Below, one piece after another: positions 37,606 through 40,617 of a stretch of 40,617 bases of DNA. Source of the stretch: Candidatus Dojkabacteria bacterium (GTDB lineage Bacteria; Patescibacteriota; Dojkabacteria; B142; JAFGMG01); assembly GCA_016927655.1 (NCBI GenBank), contig JAFGMG010000012.1:1-40617 (forward strand). Direction: 5' to 3'. The notes under the pieces were generated by a model that was not told the origin of the DNA, did no database searches, and worked only from the letters and a program-made list of their open reading frames with translations. A program made the position numbers and the translations under genes. The first letter of the stretch is position 1, and each line of letters begins with the position of its first letter.

Positions 37606-38115
37606 TTATCCTTCGCCGTAGGCGAATCCATCAAAAGTGATATTTTGATCAAAATTCCGGGGCATTCTTATTTCCGCTACCTGTCTATATTTCCTTTCCC
37701 GAAAAGGAGCATACCCTGGTTTAAACATTTCCATCTCAATTTCTAAAAGTTGAATTTTATTTCCAGCACTACTATCTTCTTTCTCTACTTCCTCTTCAAC
37801 GATTTGATCTATCGTAAAACCTGATTTTCCTATAAATGCAATTTCCATGGATTCTTTAAATGTTGACGCAATTTCAAATGCCACAATCGGATTGTGAATA
37901 TCTTCGGGATTTAGCGGGAATATTCTTGTCTTAATTTTTATACCACTTTTGTCATGTCCTTCTTCGACAATTAAGTTTGTCATAGCAAAACCTCCATGCT
38001 CTGCAACCAATCTTTTGTTAAACAAATCTGCCGCAAATGCAATTGAATCTGCCCATTTCTCAGGCTTTCTAAATGGATCTATGATTTGGGGTTCCCATTC
38101 TTGATATATATACAT
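37606..38115 (-). CDS. Hypothetical protein
   Basis: 169-aa ORF between hisS and ppa; no motif recognised. Confidence 0.6.
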   Translation of the reverse strand: MYIYQEWEPQIIDPFRKPEKWADSIAFAADLFNKRLVAEHGGFAMTNLIVEEGHDKSGIKIKTRIFPLNPEDIHNPIVAFEIASTFKESMEIAFIGKSGFTIDQIVEEEVEKEDSSAGNKIQLLEIEMEMFKPGYAPFRERKYRQVAEIRMPRNFDQNITFDGFAYGEG

Positions 38116-38288
38116 ATCTTTACTTAAACATTATTTATACGAATATTATCAGATTATAAGTAATACATGTATTATATACTACGACTAGTTTATATTACAG
38201 GCTATTTTATGCCACCTGAACCATCACCTCCAAGATGGGATAACGAATGGAGTGGAATGGGAAATAAGTCAGCAAAACAGTTCTTTAC

Positions 38289-39545
38289 TTACTCCAATTC
38301 CCTTACACTTGGGCTGCTCCCGGCCTTTATTTCATTCTCACCTAAGACATATACCTTTTTAAATCCTTTTTTGTCTGCAAATTCGAATTGCTTCTTGAGC
38401 TTTTTACTAGAATCTGGATAAAGGAATATTTTTTTGCATTCTTTCCTGAGTTTGTCTGCCAATTGAAATGCTTCTTTTTCATATCCTGGCATTACGGCCA
38501 CCATTTCCACTTCATTACTTAACTGCTCTTTACATAAATCATCTTTTTCAACACTGCCTCGGTCCATCATAACTTCAATAATCCGCTCGAGTCCAAAAGA
38601 AATTCCACTAGCAGGAATATCTCTGCTTGTCATAGTGCCGATCATTTCATCATATCTACCGCCGCCAGCTACTGATCCAACTCCACCATCAGCTACAGTG
38701 ACCTCATAAATCGGGCCTGTGTAGTATGCAAGACCTCTGGCAATAGATCCGTCATAGACAAGTCTTTTATCATCTACCAATTTCAAAATTTCACGAACCT
38801 CTTTGATTCCCACCAGTCCATCTTTTGTATCCTTCAGCAGTTCTTCTAGTTTATCCAATGAACCTTCCGAATCATTTGTTGATAATTCAACTATTTTGAC
38901 TGCCTTTTCCGCATCTTCGGGTCTAAGACCTTTTTCTATCAATGCCTTGAGAGTATCATCCTTGCTCCTCTTGTCCCATTTATCAATTGCATAAATGATT
39001 TCAAAGAATTTATCCTCATTATTTGCGTATTCTGCAATTGCGTTGAGAATTTTTCTATTATTCATTCGAATTTTAAAATCCTTGAAGCCAAGCTGCTCTA
39101 GTATCTCAAGTGTAATAATGATAAATTCCGCATCAACAATTAGAGAATTTGTTCCGAAAGTATCCACATCACACTGGTAAAATTCTCTAAATCTACCCTT
39201 CTGGGTGTTGTCTGCACGAAATACTGGCTGAATTTGATATCTTTTCCAGGGAAGCTTGATCTCATTTTGATATTGCGCAAGAACCCTTGCTGTTGGAACT
39301 GTCAAATCATAAATAAGTGCTACTCTCCTTCCGCCAAAGTCCTCAAAATTATAAACAAGTTTTTCTTCTTCACCATATTTATCCATTAGAATGTCAAAAT
39401 ACTCCAAAGCAGGAGTTTCAAGCGGTTCGAAACCATATTTTTCAAACGTCTGCTCAAAGACTTTAAAAACTGCCTTTCTAAAACGCAATTTATCAGGGAG
39501 AAAATCCCTGAAGCCCTTGAGTGTCCGCGGTTCTATTTTTGCCAT
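38289..39545 (-). CDS. hisS: Histidyl-tRNA synthetase
   Basis: KGFRDFLP, YDLTVP.AR, FRADNTQKGRFREFYQCD, ARGLAYYTG, GGGRYD, SFGLERI, anticodon-binding domain. Confidence 0.97.
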   Translation of the reverse strand: MAKIEPRTLKGFRDFLPDKLRFRKAVFKVFEQTFEKYGFEPLETPALEYFDILMDKYGEEEKLVYNFEDFGGRRVALIYDLTVPTARVLAQYQNEIKLPWKRYQIQPVFRADNTQKGRFREFYQCDVDTFGTNSLIVDAEFIIITLEILEQLGFKDFKIRMNNRKILNAIAEYANNEDKFFEIIYAIDKWDKRSKDDTLKALIEKGLRPEDAEKAVKIVELSTNDSEGSLDKLEELLKDTKDGLVGIKEVREILKLVDDKRLVYDGSIARGLAYYTGPIYEVTVADGGVGSVAGGGRYDEMIGTMTSRDIPASGISFGLERIIEVMMDRGSVEKDDLCKEQLSNEVEMVAVMPGYEKEAFQLADKLRKECKKIFLYPDSSKKLKKQFEFADKKGFKKVYVLGENEIKAGSSPSVRELE

Positions 39546-39631
39546 AAGTTATAATTAATTCATCAAGATTATATCCTTTTGCAATTTAAGTCTCAAATAG
39601 ATAGAATTTGCTCGTCTATCAAACAATTCTC

Positions 39632-40617
39632 ATGGCAGATACTCCAATGATGCGGCAATACAAGGCATTAAAGACAAAGCACTCAGATGCCATACTGCTC
39701 TTTCGTCTTGGAGATTTCTATGAAGCTTTCAATAATGATGCAAAGGAAATTTCCAGGGTTTTAAACATAACTCTGACTGGCCGCGGCAAAGGAGAGAACC
39801 GTGTTCCTATGGCCGGAATTCCACATCATGCAATGAAAAAATACTTGAGGCAGCTTGTGAATTCCGGCCGAAAAGTAGCGATTGCAGACCAGCTTGAGGA
39901 AGCCCAGGCAGGAAAACTTGTAGACCGACAGGTTACAAAAATTATAACAGCCGGCACAATCAGCGATCTGGAGTTTCTTGATGAAGCATCGAACAATTAT
40001 CTTGCTGCTCTTTTCCAACAAACTGATAAAAAATCAAAATCACAGAAGTTTTACCTTGCCTATTGCGATCTAACTACAGGTGAGTTTAGAACATCAGCAA
40101 TAAGCACTCAAAAGGAATTAAACGATGAGCTTTATAGAATCTATCCAAATGAAATTCTGGTTTCTAATGAGCAATTGGAGATTTTTCAAACAATAATCAG
40201 CCCGCAGCTGCAGAAATTCCAGACATGCAATGCGGAGCTTTGGGAATTTGAAATTAACGAGAAGCAATTACGCAAACACTTCAATATCAAAGATCTAAAG
40301 AGCTTTGGCTACAATATCAAAGACTTTGAAATTATTCCAGCTGGGGTAATTCTTGACTATTTGCAGCAGACCCAGAAGACAGATCTGCAGCATATTAAAT
40401 CTCTAAAGAAACTCAATCGCAGCGACTTTATGCAGCTCGATCCTTCAACAATCATTAATCTTGAACTGATTTGGCCGATTCGCGCAGAAAATCAGAAAGC
40501 AACTTTATTTTCAGTTTTCAACAGCTGCCAAACAGCCATAGGCCAAAGAAAACTGAAAAACTGGATACTTCACCCGCTTATCAAAGCACTACATATCCAA
40601 GAAAGACTTGACTCTGT
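39632..40617 (+). CDS. mutS: DNA mismatch repair protein MutS (5' partial, runs off window)
   Basis: Manual translation: MADTPMMRQYKALKTKHSDAILLFRLGDFYEAF...VPMAGIPHH...KVAIADQ...TKIITAGT. Missing from the ORF track because there is no stop in the window. Confidence 0.96.
   Translation, partial: MADTPMMRQYKALKTKHSDAILLFRLGDFYEAFNNDAKEISRVLNITLTGRGKGENRVPMAGIPHHAMKKYLRQLVNSGRKVAIADQLEEAQAGKLVDRQVTKIITAGTISDLEFLDEASNNYLAALFQQTDKKSKSQKFYLAYCDLTTGEFRTSAISTQKELNDELYRIYPNEILVSNEQLEIFQTIISPQLQKFQTCNAELWEFEINEKQLRKHFNIKDLKSFGYNIKDFEIIPAGVILDYLQQTQKTDLQHIKSLKKLNRSDFMQLDPSTIINLELIWPIRAENQKATLFSVFNSCQTAIGQRKLKNWILHPLIKALHIQERLDS

Noticed and set aside
319-40021. Numerous 60-150 aa antisense or nested ORFs in the ORF track (e.g. 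319, 3112, 22319, 25068, 32540, 38167, 39761)
   Set aside because: Shadow frames of well-supported genes, with no motifs.
1-40617. Alternative genetic code (TGA=Gly) or prophage
   Set aside because: Conserved genes are full length under code 11 and some end in TGA at family-typical boundaries; no phage hallmark or integrase genes were seen.

Overview
AT-rich, gene-dense bacterial chromosome segment using the standard code. Gene content, abutting ORFs, weak SD use and large Cys-rich secreted proteins suggest a Patescibacteria/CPR-type genome (inference). It holds mostly housekeeping genes (nrdR, Mur ligase, ygfA, lysS, M29 aminopeptidase, pcm, Hsp100, ZIP, ABC exporter, mnmA, ppa, hisS, partial mutS) plus tRNA-Leu(TAG) and tRNA-Glu(TTC). 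The standout is an NrdR-controlled operon with THREE class II (B12) ribonucleotide reductase catalytic barrels: one stand-alone and two fused in tandem. All keep the catalytic cysteines, each has a different non-canonical specificity loop, only one redox C-terminal tail is present, and a Nudix protein with an altered catalytic motif sits between the two genes. Other notable items are a LysRS-HD hydrolase-DUF2000 triple fusion, a ~177-nt rod-like candidate 6S RNA, serial duplications of the tRNA-Glu 3' end, a ClpG-like disaggregase lacking the Zn domain, and a multi-catalytic M23 cell-wall hydrolase. All calls come from motif recognition by eye; no searches were run.
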